NCBI GenBank assembly: GCA_038087875.1
Contig: CM075998.1
Span: 5,892,001 to 5,956,000, forward strand
Length of the DNA: 64,000 nucleotides
Direction of reading: 5' to 3'
DNA from: Malacoraja senta
Lineage: Eukaryota
Shown: positions 1-11,825 of the stretch, piece after piece
Layout of the letters: each line of letters starts with the position of its first letter
How positions within the stretch are numbered: the stretch's first letter is position 1
Notes under the pieces: model-generated
The model's database searches: none
Told to the model about the DNA's origin: nothing
The model's input: the letters and a program-made list of their open reading frames with translations, nothing else
Translations under genes and position numbers: made by a program

Positions 1-124
1 TCAACCCCATGTGTCGATGCTCTGTAGGAGCCTCGTGTTCTTCATCTCACCCCATCATCGCAACCTTCTCCCCTTTCCCCCTAGCTGGTTTCCTTTTAAA
101 GGTATCTATGCTGCCATGCTGAAG

Positions 125-475
125 AGAGACACAAAATGCTGGAGTAACTCAGCGGGACAGGCAGCATCTCTGGAGAGAAGGAATGGGTGACGTTTCGGGT
201 CGAGACCCTTCTTCAGACTGAGAGTCGGGGGAAAGGGAAACGAGAGATATAGACGATGATGTAGAGAGATAAAGAACAAATGAATGAAAGATATGCAAAA
301 AAGTAACGATGATAAAGGAGACAGGCCATTGTTTGCTGTGGGCTAGGTGAAAACCAGTTACAGACAATGAGACTCAACAAGATGACTTTGAAACAAATAC
401 AACGACTTGGTTGGGGGAGGGATGGAGGGAGAGGGGATGCAAGGGTTACTTGAAGTTAGAGAAATTAATATTCTA
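125..475 (-). mobile_element. Penelope-like element terminal fragment with minimal hammerhead motif (189-216)
   Basis: Reverse strand reads CTGAAGA-AGGGTCTCGACCC-GAAACGTC. The same terminal sequence follows the GIY-YIG ORF at 41000-41240. Confidence 0.75.
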
Positions 476-1065
476 TTTCATGTTGATTGCCTCAATTAAT
501 CCTTGCAAAAGTCCATTTCACCTACGTACAATTATGTTTGAAAAATAATTTGCCCCTGAATGACCTTTCTGTATATTAATTGCACTATTACAAGGATATT
601 GTAAGAAAGTGGTATGGATGCCTTTAAGAGGGACCAAGATAGTTTCTCCACATCTCTCCTTGCAAATACTTTCTTAAAGATCCCTTTACTGGGGAAAAGA
701 ACCCCAGCCATTCCCAATAGCTACAACCTCTCAGTTCTGGCATCATTTTCTGCCAGGATACTGGGCCTATAATGGGCCTCAGATGTCCCAACATCGAGCC
801 AAGTCATCGCACAGCCCAAGAAGCATTCTCTTCACTTAACTGTTTCGCACATTCTTTTCATGTGTTTAACACAATATCTGAGTGAAACTCTCCATTGGAG
901 AGGAACTTAGAGAGTTGCTTAGTCTTCTCAAAAGGATTGACCCCACCTGAACCCTTTATCTCCTGACCACAGTGTCCTGGTTACTGACCACATTTCACCT
1001 TGGCTTAGACTTCCGCTCCCTTTCAAAGGAAGAAAGGCCACAAGCAGTATTGAACACAGCAAAAG

Positions 1066-1387
1066 GTGCAGTGGGTAGAGTTGCTGCCTCACAGCGCCAG
1101 AGACCCTGGTTCGATCCTGACTGCGGGTGCTGTCTGTGTGTGTGGAGTTTGCATGTTCTCCCTGTGACCGCGTGGGCTTTCTCCGGGTGCTCTGGTTTCC
1201 TCCCACATTCCAAATACATGCCGTTTGTAAGTTAATTGGCCCTCTGTAAATTGCCCCTATTGTGTAAGGATGAGAAAGTGGGATAACATAGAACTAGTGT
1301 GAATGGGTGATCGATGGTCAGCATGGACTCGGTGGGCCGAAGGGCCTGTAACCATGCTGTATCAGTAGACTAAAACTAAACTAAACT
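1066..1387 (+). mobile_element. HE1-like tRNA-derived V-SINE (representative of about 30 full or partial copies, e.g. 6125-6418 -, 20950-21227 -, 32730-33032 +, 41944-42250 -, 54929-55220 +)
   Basis: tRNA-like head with box B GGTTCGATCC, central domain ..ggtttcctcccaca.tccaaa, LINE-like tail gggccgaagggcctg and (ctaaa)n end. The 20950 copy is flanked by a 14-bp direct repeat aggagtttccagct. Confidence 0.9.
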
Positions 1388-1671
1388 CAATGGAAACAGA
1401 TGGATAAATCTGATGTATTTTGGAACAAGGCAAATGATTGTGGACAGTTGTAAATTGCCCCTGGTGTGTAAGATGCAATAGTGGGATAACATGGAACTAT
1501 TGGTTGATGTAGACTCACCTGTTTCCATGCTGTGTCTCTAAACTCATCTAAATGTAGCAAGAGCTATGGACCAGTGGTCTTGTCACTTCTAGTTGCTCTG
1601 CACCACAGGCAAGTGCATGATCTAAGCTCACAACACAAAAGAGTTAACACATTTCCCCCCTCTCTTTCCAG

Positions 1672-1755
1672 GACAAGAATCTGGACTGTGTGGCAAATAC
1701 TAACGGTTCTCAGGCTGAATGTGAGCTGGGAAACCCCATGAAGCGAAATGCTGAG
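1672..1755 (+). CDS. itga7: Integrin alpha-7-like, internal exon (84 nt, phase 0/0): DKNLDCVANTNGSQAECELGNPMKRNAE
   Basis: Acceptor tctctttccag, donor GAG|gtatgt. Contains the integrin-alpha motif C..N.NGS..ECELGNPMKR of the ITGA3/6/7 group. Confidence 0.88.
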
Positions 1756-2644
1756 GTATGTGAGAGGCTCCATTTGGCCAGATGTTGCCAGAACTCCAGG
1801 GTGTGAGCTACAGGGAGAGGTTGAGCAGGCTGGGACTCTATTCCTTGGAGTTCAGGAGGATGAGGCCTGTGATCCCGACACTCTTGGTCTCCACTGTGGA
1901 CTCCATGTGTAGTCTAGCGATGGAAAGATATACCGGGTTCTGTCACACACGATGGTTCAGAGTAGCTCCGGTCCTGTGTTGTGACTGGGATTGACTGCCC
2001 TGCCGTAGTTTCCTCTTGGATCGGTTGTCATTCGGATCAGTCACGTGAAAGCGAGGGACAGATCAAGCATCACCGAGGTCAGCGGGGACAAGTTGGGGCA
2101 AAGGACCTATTTCCATGCTGTACATCTCTGTGAGTAATGAGGGGTGATCTTTACTCCTTACAGCCCAATGAGACATTGAGAGCTCAAGGGTTAGTCTGAA
2201 CCGATGTGTCCTTCTTACTTAAGTCTGCCTGAATCTTAGCGTGCCCTGGTCACCCGATGTACCTCTTCCTGCCAACCCACAGGGGGCTCCTGATCTGTGT
2301 TAAAGTTACTATCCTTGCATATAAATCCACATCCCCCTCAAACACACACCCTTCAAACAACCTGGCCTTCCACCTCTCCATCTCCTCCAGCTTCATGCTC
2401 CCTCAAATGCAACCTGCACTCCTCCACTTCTGGCCCCTTATATCACCCCAATGCCATCAGACGCCCTAAACATCCTTCTCCTCTATGCCTCTCTCCCCTC
2501 CATTAAGATTTCCCTCCAAGCTCCTTGGCTGAACATTTTTATCATTGAGAACATTGTGACCTGATGTCGAGACAACAATCAAACTACAGGAAGGGAAGCA
2601 GTACATGTCCATCTATACTGTCCCATCAGATGCTCCCAAGGGGT

Positions 2645-2860
2645 CAGCTGCCTTTTCCGGGCCTACGTCCGTGCCCGCGTGTCCCTGGAGAGGGAACGCT
2701 GCTCGCCGCGGGAGGTCGAGTGTATTTCTGATGAGGATGACGTTACTTTTAAAATTGATGACTGTTGTTTGTGAACTGCCACAAAGGCAGTTTTGATCGT
2801 GTTACCCTTTTGTATGTTTGTTTTTGTTTTCTGAATAAAAGTATTTGTGTAATTTTAAAA
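2645..2860 (+). mobile_element. Tx1/L1-clade LINE 3' fragment
   Basis: Translates as FRAYVRARVSLERE, resembling Tx1 ORF2 C-termini, followed by a T-rich UTR and AATAAA. Confidence 0.55.
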
Positions 2861-2884
2861 AATAGGGTCAGACACAGGGTGAAT

Positions 2885-3642
2885 CGCGGTATATATTGAC
2901 AGTGCCGAAGTAGAGATGGTTGAAAGCTTCAAGTTCCTAGGGGTCAATATCACCAACAACTTGTCCTGGACCACACATGTTGAATCAACGACCAAGAAAG
3001 CACACCCATACCTTGACTTCCTTAGAAGGCTTAGGAAGTTCGACATGTCCCCAACAACTCCCATTCTACAGAAGCTCCGTAGAAAGCATTTTATCGGGAT
3101 GCATCACAGCACGGTTTGGGAACAGCTCCATCCAAGACCGCAAGAAATCACCGAGAATTGTGGACGCCGCCCAGACCATCACACAAACCAACCTCCCTTC
3201 CATCGACTCCATCTACACCTCACGCTGCCTCGGCAAGGCCAGCAGCATCATCAAGGACCAGTCTCACCCCTGGTCACTCCCTCTTCTCCCCTCTCCCATC
3301 AGGCAAGAGGTACAGAAGTGTGAAAACAAACGCACACACACCTCCAGATTCAGGGGCAGTTTCTTCCCAGCTGTTATCAGGCAAATGAACCATCCTATCA
3401 CCAACTAGAGAGCGGTCCTGAGCTAAAATCTACCTCATTGGACACCCTCGAACTGAATGGGACTTTATTGGACTTTATCTTGCGCTAAATGTTATTCCTT
3501 TTACCCTGTATCTGTACACTGTGTACGGCTCGATTGTAATCATATATTGTCTTTCTCCTGACTGGTTAGCACGCAACAAAAAGCTTTTCACTGTACCTCA
3601 GTTCAGTACACGTGATAATAAACTAAACTGAACTAAACTAAA
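2885..3642 (+). mobile_element. Rex1/Babar-clade LINE 3' portion, frameshifted
   Basis: VESFKFLGVNITNNLSWTTH and FYRSSVESILSGCIT, then 3'UTR and (ctaaa)n tail. Related pieces at 14077-14458, 27790-27992, 34465-34775 (-), 48060-48240. Confidence 0.8.
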
Positions 3643-4101
3643 CACCAGTCCTGTTACAGTGCCCTGTGACTGTTCTTCCATTGAAGAGACTTAGGATGTT
3701 TAATGACATTACAAGGTGCTATATAAATGCAAGCAGATTCAAGAGACACTCCTTCCGCTGGTGGAACAGCTCCACACTCAGGAAGGGCAAATCTGGAATA
3801 ACCCCCTGGGAAAAACTTCTGAAATCATGGCACCATTGATAGGTTTTTGTTGGGTAAGAATATCGAGGCACTGGATTGATGAAGAGACAGATGCCAGGAC
3901 TGATTAAATGGCTAAGAGGCTTGATGGGCTGATTGGCTTCCCCCATGTCCATTATGGTCTCCTGTGTGACCCTGGGGGTGGTGTAGAGGGAGCTTCAATG
4001 TGTGTGTGTGTGTGTGACCCTGGGTGCAGTGTGTGATGGGGAGGTGCAGAGGTAAATATCAATATTTCAGGATACACTGATGTTATATTCTTTCTCTCCA
4101 G

Positions 4102-4181
4102 GTCACCTTTTACCTGATCTTAAGCATAACTCCGATCACCATCGAAACCACCACCTTGCCAATTATTCTTCAGCTGACAAC
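4102..4181 (+). CDS. itga7: Integrin alpha-7-like, internal exon (80 nt, phase 0/2): VTFYLILSITPITIETTTLPIILQLT(T)
   Basis: Acceptor tttctctccag, donor AC|gtgagt. In frame with the previous exon; resembles ITGA7 VTFYLILSTSGISIETTEL. Confidence 0.88.
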
Positions 4182-4487
4182 GTGAGTGTTGTTTTGGTTC
4201 CTGAAGTCGAACAATATCGACCACGTGATGTGATTTTATATATTTTGCGGAAATTCTGTCCAATCTTTCTCCCTGGTTGCTTTGGTGACCTCCGATTATA
4301 TGGTTGGGGGTGGCATGGTGGTGCAGCGGTAGAGTTGCTGCCTCACTGCGCCAGAGACCCGGGTTCCATCCTGACTATGGGTGCTGTCTGTACGGAGTTT
4401 GTACGTTCTCCCCGTGACCGGCGTGGGTTTTCGCCGGGTGCTCCAGTTTCCTCCCACTCTCCTAAGACATATGAGTTTGTAGGTTAG

Positions 4488-4904
4488 TAGCAGGCCCCCC
4501 TCATCATGACTGACCATGGGTGATGCATCCTGGTCGGATGGAAGCCTGGGCGATGTCATATGGAGGACAGGCTGTTGCCCATGCAGCACGTCCCCCCTCT
4601 CCACGCCAAAGGAACAGCAGGGCCGTTACAGTTTGGCACCAGCGCCGTCGTAGGAGCTGCCAGAGGGAGGTTGTAGACAACGACGAACTCCCTTAGGGGC
4701 TCCGACTCCGGATTTTCTTGTGGTTTACTCCTGGAGCCTTTTCCATGACTGGATATGGCCACAAAGCAGTGGAGGTTTGAAATCAGAGTTTTCCCTCTCC
4801 TAGATGGACTGCCTTCCCAAGCTGACGAGCCCCATCTGCCCGAGACTCATGGGGGCGGGAGCGTCTACCTTCCCGTGCAGGTCTACAGCACCTGCCCACT
4901 GCCC
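4488..4904 (-). mobile_element. Short RTE-related non-autonomous element nested in an HE1-like SINE
   Basis: Reverse strand carries the RTE 5'UTR-like motif ctaggagagggaaaactctgatttcaaacc. The host SINE (4311-5043) resumes after the insert. Confidence 0.5.
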
Positions 4905-7900
4905 ATTGATTTAATTGACTTGGTAAAATTGTAAATTGTCCCTCGTGTGTGTAGGATAGTGTCAGTGTGCGGTGATCGCTGGTCGGTGCAGACTCGGTGG
5001 GCCGAAGGGCCTGTTTCCATGCTGTATCTCTAAACTAAACTAAGTTACTATGGCTGGAGTTAAAATGAATAAATCCTGGACGGGTGTGTCATCTATGAAG
5101 ATACATGGCTGCTTGGCGTAAAGCAAACTTAATTGTTGCCTTGCAGCAAATCTGGCAGCAGTCGGTGTCTTTTTGGGACAAGGTTAATCCTAAATCTGTC
5201 CTATTTCCAGTTGTTAATTGACTGGCTGTGTCTTTGCACTTATTTCTTCCCTTTTGTGTGTGAATGTGATTATCTCTACAGCCCTCGCCTAACAGCTATC
5301 AGTCTTCTCCAGGTAGCACGACATTGGTATACAGACGCTGCTGACTCTGGTCAAAGCTTCAATTGAAGACTAAAAGGGAATCTCATTGAAACCTACTGAA
5401 TAATGAAAGACCTGGATGTCTCCACTAGTGGGAGAGTCTAGGACCAGAGGGCACAGTCTCAGAATAAAAGAACATACCTTTAGAAAGGAGTTGAGGAGGA
5501 ATTTCTTTAGCCAGAGGGTGGCGAATCTGTGGAATTCTTTGCCACAGACGGCTCTGGAGGCCAAGCCAGGGGATATTTTTAATGCAGAGATTGACAGATT
5601 CTTGATCAGTACGGGTGTCAGGGGTTATGGGGAGAAGGCAGGTGAATGGGGTTGGGAGGGAGAGATAGATCAGCCGTGGTTGAATGGCGGAGCAAACTCA
5701 ATGGGCTGAATGGCCTAATTCTGCTCCCTTTGTCTTATGGTTTTAAGATCTTATGACATTATCGCAGGGCACATGGAAAATGTCAAAGTATTCAAGCAAA
5801 GTCAGTCTGGATTTGTGAAAGGGAAATCACGTTTGGCCAACACACTGGATTTCTTTGAAGAGGTAATATGTGGAGGAAACAGAACTGGCGGTTGTTCAAT
5901 GCTGAGGTTTCTCAAAACGTGCTTGATCAAGTTCCACATCAGCGATTGTTGCAGAAAAGTAAAGTTCATGGTGCAGGAGGTAATGGTGGCGTGGAGAGAA
6001 ACATAGAAAATAGGTGCAGATTTCTAGGCAGAAGATTTCCTTTCCAGCAGAAAAGAGAGAATGGGCATAAGTGGGACTCGATCGAGTTGGCAAACTGTAT
6101 TGTGAAATTGGCTGTGGTGCTTCTATTTAGTTTAGTTTAGAGATACAGCGCAGAAACAGGCCCCTCGGCCCACCGAGTCCCACGACCGACCAGTGGTCCC
6201 TGTACACTAACACTACCCTACACACACATTTATACCGAGCCAATTAACCTACAAACCTGTACGTCTTTGGAGTGTGGGAGGAAACCGAAGATCCCGGAGA
6301 AAACCCACGCAGGTCACGGGGAGAACGTACAAACTCCGTACAGACAGCACCCGCAGTCGGGATTGAACCCTGGTCTCTGGCGCTGTAAAGCCGCAACTCT
6401 CCCGCTGCGCCACCGTGCCTATGTTTTACAATTTACCTAAATGAAGGCAACGATGGTGTGCTTGCTACATTAGCTTATGACTCGCAGTCGGGTCGTAAAG
6501 GAAGTGGGGAAGAAGACATAAAAAAGTTTCAGAGGCATATAGAAAGGATAAGTGTGTGGGAAAAGGTCGCGCAAGTGGAATATAATGTGGGAATTATTAT
6601 ATATTTTTTTTGTTTTTGTTTTTTTTTGTGGTTCATTTTGACAGGAGAATTAGAATTTCACCAAAAAAAATAGAAGCCTACTTTGTAAATGAAGAAAGAT
6701 TGCAGACCTGAGAAATGCTGAAGGGTCTGGCTGACAACTCAACCAGTTGCACCACTGTGCTGCCCCACCCAATATAAATGTTTACTTTAGTGATCCAGCA
6801 TGGAAACAGGCCCTTTGGCCCACCGAGTCCACGCCGACCAGCGATCACCCATTCACACTGGTTCTACGTTAATGGATTTGTGCATCCACTCCCTACACTC
6901 TGGGGGGCAATTGACAGAGGAAAAGGTTAACCTACAAACCCGCACGTCTTTGGGAAGTGGGAGGAAACCACAGCACCCAGAGGAAACCCACGTGGTCAAT
7001 AGACAATAGATAATAGGTGCAGGAGTAGGCCATTCGGCCCTTCGAGCCAGCACCACCATTCAATGTGATCATGGCTGATCATCCCCAATCAGTACCCCGT
7101 TCCTGCCTTCTCCCCATATCCCCTGACTCCGCTATCTTTAAGAGCCCTATCTAGCTCTCTCTTGAAAGCATCCAGAGAACCTGCCTCCACCGCCCTCTGA
7201 GGCAGAGAATTTCACAGACTCCACCACTCTCTGTGAGAAAAAGTGTTTCCTCGTCTCCGTTCTAAATGGCTTACTCCTTATTCTTAAACTGTGGCCCCTG
7301 GTTCTGGACTCCCCCAACATCGGGAACATGTTTCCTACGTCTAGTGTGTCCAAGCCCTGAACAATCTTATACGTTTCAATGAGATTCCCTCTCATCCTTC
7401 TAAACACCAGAGTGTACAAGCCCAGCTGCTCCATTCTCTCAGCATATGACAGTGCCGCCATCCCGGGAATTAACCTTGGTCACAGGGAGAACATGCAAAC
7501 TCCACGCAGACAGCACCCGAGCTCAGGATCGAACTCAGTATCTGACACTGTGAGGCAGTGGCTCTACCAGCTGCGCCACCGTGCTGCCCTAAATGTAGTG
7601 GAAGCAGCTTCGAGAACGTTTACTGGAATAACAGAAACACAAGAGAGACTGCGGATGTGGAATTTAGAGCCCAAAAGCAAATGCTGCGGGAGGTCAGTGC
7701 GTCAGGCAGCATCTGTGGAGGCAAATGTGATCGATGTTTTGGGTTGGGACCCTGCGTCAAAAATAAGACACTGAATTTTCCGACTTCAGTCACCAACTGT
7801 GCTCATTCCTCTCAATCTGCCCCCCCTATCCCCCTCCCCCCCATCCCATCACCCTGTTGGACAGGTTGGGAGAGTGGGCAGATGCGTGGCAGATGCAGTT

Positions 7901-7912
7901 TAATGTGGATAA

Positions 7913-8197
7913 AACCCCTGTCTCACGGCGCGAGTCCACCCATGAGTGATCCCGAGTTTAAAACAAATCCAACTCGTGGTAATCACGTAGAATTAATGTA
8001 GCGGGAACGTCGGAACTCGTAACGCTAACGGCAGGTACTCGGGAAACTTGTTAACTCGTGAAAATCTTTCAACATGATGAAAGATTTCCACGAGTCAAAT
8101 TTACTCTTGAAGTAAAAAAATTTAAACTTTTAAACTCGTTGTAAGAACGTAACTAGCCCGTGAGTTTACCGTAGTGACTCGTGAGTCTACCGTGGGA
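7913..8197. mobile_element. PIF/Harbinger MITE, right end truncated
   Basis: Left end AACCCCTGTCTCACGGCGCGAG. Internal sequence is homologous to the reverse complement of the 47495-47826 MITE. Confidence 0.7.
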
Positions 8198-8407
8198 ACT
8201 CAGTGGGACAGGCAGCATCTCTGGAGAGAAGGAATGGGTGACGGGATGACGTTTCCAAAATTCTGCTGCGTCTTTGTGTTACTCCAGCACTGTGTGTACA
8301 CTTTTTGTCAACCAGCAACTGCCCTTTCTTGTGTATGACATTATTTGTATCCGTGGCAGTTGATTGTCGCTCCCTTCAGTTTCCCAGGGGGTCGGGGGGG
8401 GGGGGGT

Positions 8408-10275
8408 AACCTACGACATCCTACGACCTTCCACGACTATGTCTACGACCTCCTACGACTATATTGAAGACCTCCCACAACTATGAAGAAGACCTCCTTC
8501 GACCTCCTTCGACTATGTTGAAGACTGGCTTCGACCATGTACGTTTTACTGCTGTTTGCAGTAGCCCTTTTGCTTCAGCAGGCTTTTAAGAAAGGCAGAA
8601 GGGGAAGAGCAAGGGTGAAGAGGAAGCACAAGAAGAGGTCTCAATGGGTGAATGGAGTGGCGGAAAACCGGGGGGGGGGGGGGCAGAGGGGACACGCCCC
8701 CCCCCCATGTTTTGAGAGGTGGGGGACATCCCCCCCAAGTTTTTGTGATCCGTATTTTAAAATCTCCGCTTTCCGCGAGACAGTGGGGGTGGGACTGCTG
8801 ATCGAGGGCGCGATGATTGGAGGGGGGAGGAGTGGGGGGGGGAGTGGGACTGAGGATAGAGTGCAGCGATTGGAGGAGGGAGACGTGGCACAGACCTGCG
8901 CCTCATCCGCAGGCAGGATCGATCCCGGCCGGGTCTCCGGCGCTGTCCCGAGTGCCCCCCCCCCCCACGGGTGGCCAGAGAGGTCGGGAGTCAGATGCGA
9001 GCTGTACCCCCAGGCCCACAGCCAGCGCAGAGAAACAGCACTAAACCCAGCTCAATTCAGCCTGTCCCGCCAGGTGAACCTGCCTGGGCTTGTGGGAAAT
9101 ATGGGCAGCGCGGAGAAGCAGCGCTGGTATCCCGTCAGTCCAGGCCGGGCTGTAGTTAACCCGGTGAGACAGGCAGAGTTGAGCTGCATTTAGCGCTGGA
9201 TTGAGCCTCCGAAGCCTCGCGCGCGTGTGTGTGTGTGTGAGTGTGCGCATGCGCACGCGGCCGCCAAAAAATTGTGTCCCCCGTCCCCTCCATGTTTTGA
9301 TAGCGAGTTCCGCTCTTGACTGTCCCCCTACACCAGATGACTGGAAGAGAGTGGCGCTGGGCTTTGACAAAAGATGGAACTTTAAGCACATATGTGGGGC
9401 AGTGGATGGCAAACATGCCATTCTTGTCCCTGTCCCTGTCCCTGTACCCCTCATTTTCCTTTTCGTACAGGATAGCATTCTGCTGGAACCATTCCTCAAG
9501 CCCCCCTCCTGCTGCCTGGTGAAGGTGTAGGGCATAACCTTCCTCCAGCCCTCCCTCACCACCAATGGGGCATCTGTCTCTGATGCTGTCAGACACAGGA
9601 GAAAGGGCTGCTTTGCTGCCTTCACATGAGGCAGTGAAGGATGGGGGTGTTGGTGGGGACATATACTCCCACCCTGGTCTCCTCCTCCAGGGGTCTCTCA
9701 TGCAGGGCTACCTCCTCCTGCACTATCACGTCCTGTGGCATTACCACCTGCCACTCCTCCTGTTGGGTGGGCAACACCTGCATGGCAGGTTTTTTTAGGG
9801 TTGTGCCCTCCCCTGCGCTGCTGCCTTTTTGGTGCCATCTCTAAAACACGTCTCCTCTCCAAAAAACTCTCCCGCTATGAATGAATATGCCTTGGAGTGA
9901 CAGGTCACGTTCTGCTGTTTAAATTACCTTTATTTTTCTACTGACCTTTTTTTTCACCCCGGAGCTATTACCTTCGACCACCTACGACCACCTACGACTA
10001 GCATCACGACCTACTACGACCTACCTACAAATAAAAAGTATCAATTTTTCCATGCTGACCTTTTTTTCACTCATGGACATTTTTTATCATGCGAGAAAAA
10101 ACGCCGCGACCTGCTTGATGCCACGAGTACCTACGACTAGCATCACGACCTACCTAGGACCTACCTACGAACCCCTACGACCTCCGACGACCTTGTGGCG
10201 ACCATGCTGAGATTATGAGTCAAGGGCAAACTCGGCAGAGGTCGTGAATTAGGTCGTGAAAGTGGGACAGGGGCT
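8408..10275 (+). mobile_element. Internally deleted PIF/Harbinger transposon with transposase (+) and MADF/Myb-like (-) relics
   Basis: CTACGAC subterminal repeats at both ends; right TIR AGTGGGACAGGGGCT followed by TTA; peptide PPTPDDWKRVALGFDKRWNFKHICGAVDGKH at about 9318-9427. Left TIR not found. Confidence 0.82.
8656..9318. mobile_element. GC-rich non-autonomous TIR element (hAT-like) nested in the Harbinger transposase
   Basis: Ends agtggcggaa and ttccgctcttg; repeated cccc-catgttttga subterminal motifs; separates the two transposase fragments. No target-site duplication (TSD) resolved. Confidence 0.5.
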
Positions 10276-10384
10276 TTACAGCGCTTACAGTGCTGGAGAC
10301 CCGGGTTTGATCCCGACTACGGTGCTGTCTGTACGGAGTTTGTACGTTCTCCCCGTGATTTAAATTTACGAGTCGTCCTTAAAT

Positions 10385-11825
10385 ACAGGAGATGTGCCAG
10401 AAGACTGGAGGGTGGCAAATGTTGTGCCTCTTTTCAAGAAGGGCTGCAGGGAATATGCTGGGAACTATAGGCCGGTGGGCTTAACATCTGTAGTTGGAAA
10501 GTTACTGGAGAGTATTCTGAGGGATAGGTTAAACAGGCATTTGGATGGGCAAGGGCTGATTAGGGATAGTCAGCATGGTTTTGTACGTGGGAGGTCGTGT
10601 GTCACAAATCTGATTGATTTTTGTGAAGACGTGACCAAAAAGATTGATGAGGGCAGAGCTGTAGATGTTGTGTACATGGACTTCAGCAAGGCGTTCGACA
10701 AGGTTCCGCATGGTAGGCTGCTCTGGAAGGTTAGATCGCATGGGATCCAAGGAGAGATAGCTGAATGGATAGCAAATTGGCTCCATGGAAGGAAGCAGAG
10801 GGTGATGGTGGAAGGTTGCTTCTCAGACTGGAGGCCTGTGACTAGTGGTGTGCCTCAGGGTTCGTTACTGTTTGTCATCTACATCAATGATTTGGATGAG
10901 AACATACAGGGCAAGATTAGCAAGTTTGCTGATGATACAAAACTTAGTGATTTTGCAGATAGTGAAGATGGTTGTGAACGATTGCAGCAGGATCTGGATC
11001 GATTGGCCAGGTGGGCGGAGGAATGGTTGATGGAATTTAATACAGAGAAGTGTGAGGTGTTGCATTTTGGGACGTCGAACAAGGGCAGGACCTACACAGT
11101 AAATGGTCGGCCTCTGGGTAGTGTTGTAGAGCAGAGGGATCTAGGAGTACAGGTGCATGGTTCCTTGAAGGTCGAGTCACAGGTAGATAAGGTGGTCAAA
11201 AAGGCTTTTGGCACTTTGGCCTTCATCAGAGTATTGAGTATAGAAGTTGGGAGGTCATGTTGCAGTTGTATAAGACATTGTGAGACCGCATTTTGAATAT
11301 TGTGTTCAGTTCTGGGCACCATGTTATCGGAAAGATATTGTCAAGCTTGAAAGGGTTCAGAAAAGATTTATGAGGATGTTGCCAGGACAAGAGGGTGTGA
11401 GCTATAGGGAGAGGTTGAGTAGGCTGGGTCTCTAATCCATGGAGCGCAGGAGGATGAGGGGATATCTTATAGAGGTGTACAGAATCATGAGAGGAATAGA
11501 TCGGGTAGATGCACAGAGTCTTTTGCACAGAGTAGGGGAATCGAGGACCAGAGGACATAGGTTCAAGGTGAAGGGGGAAAGATTTAATAGGAATCCGAGG
11601 GGTAACATTTTCACACAAATGATGTATGGAACAAGCTGCCAGAGGAGGTAGTTGAGGCTGGGACTATCCCATCGTTTAAGAAACAGTTAGACAGGTACAT
11701 GGATCGGACAGGTTTGGAGAGATATGGACCAAACGCAGGCAAGTAGGACTAGTGTAGCTGGGACATGTTGGCTGGTGTGGGCAAGTTGGGCCGAAGGGCC
11801 TGTTTCCACACTGTATCACTCTATA
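10385..11825 (+). mobile_element. CR1-clade (HER1-like) LINE, 5'-truncated, RT domain to 3' tail, disrupted
   Basis: ORF 10394-11296 with NYRPV, QHGF, YMDFSKAFDKV, GVPQGS, FADD. Carries a 12-nt deletion relative to the 23553 copy, plus downstream frameshifts and a stop. Tail is shared with the SINE. Confidence 0.95.

Noticed and set aside
1066..1140. tRNA genes at SINE heads
   Set aside because: Box A/B-like heads continue into a SINE body and LINE-like tail; no complete cloverleaf.
8537..9193. 218-aa ORF as a host gene
   Set aside because: Chimera of a Harbinger transposase N-terminus and a nested GC-rich insertion.
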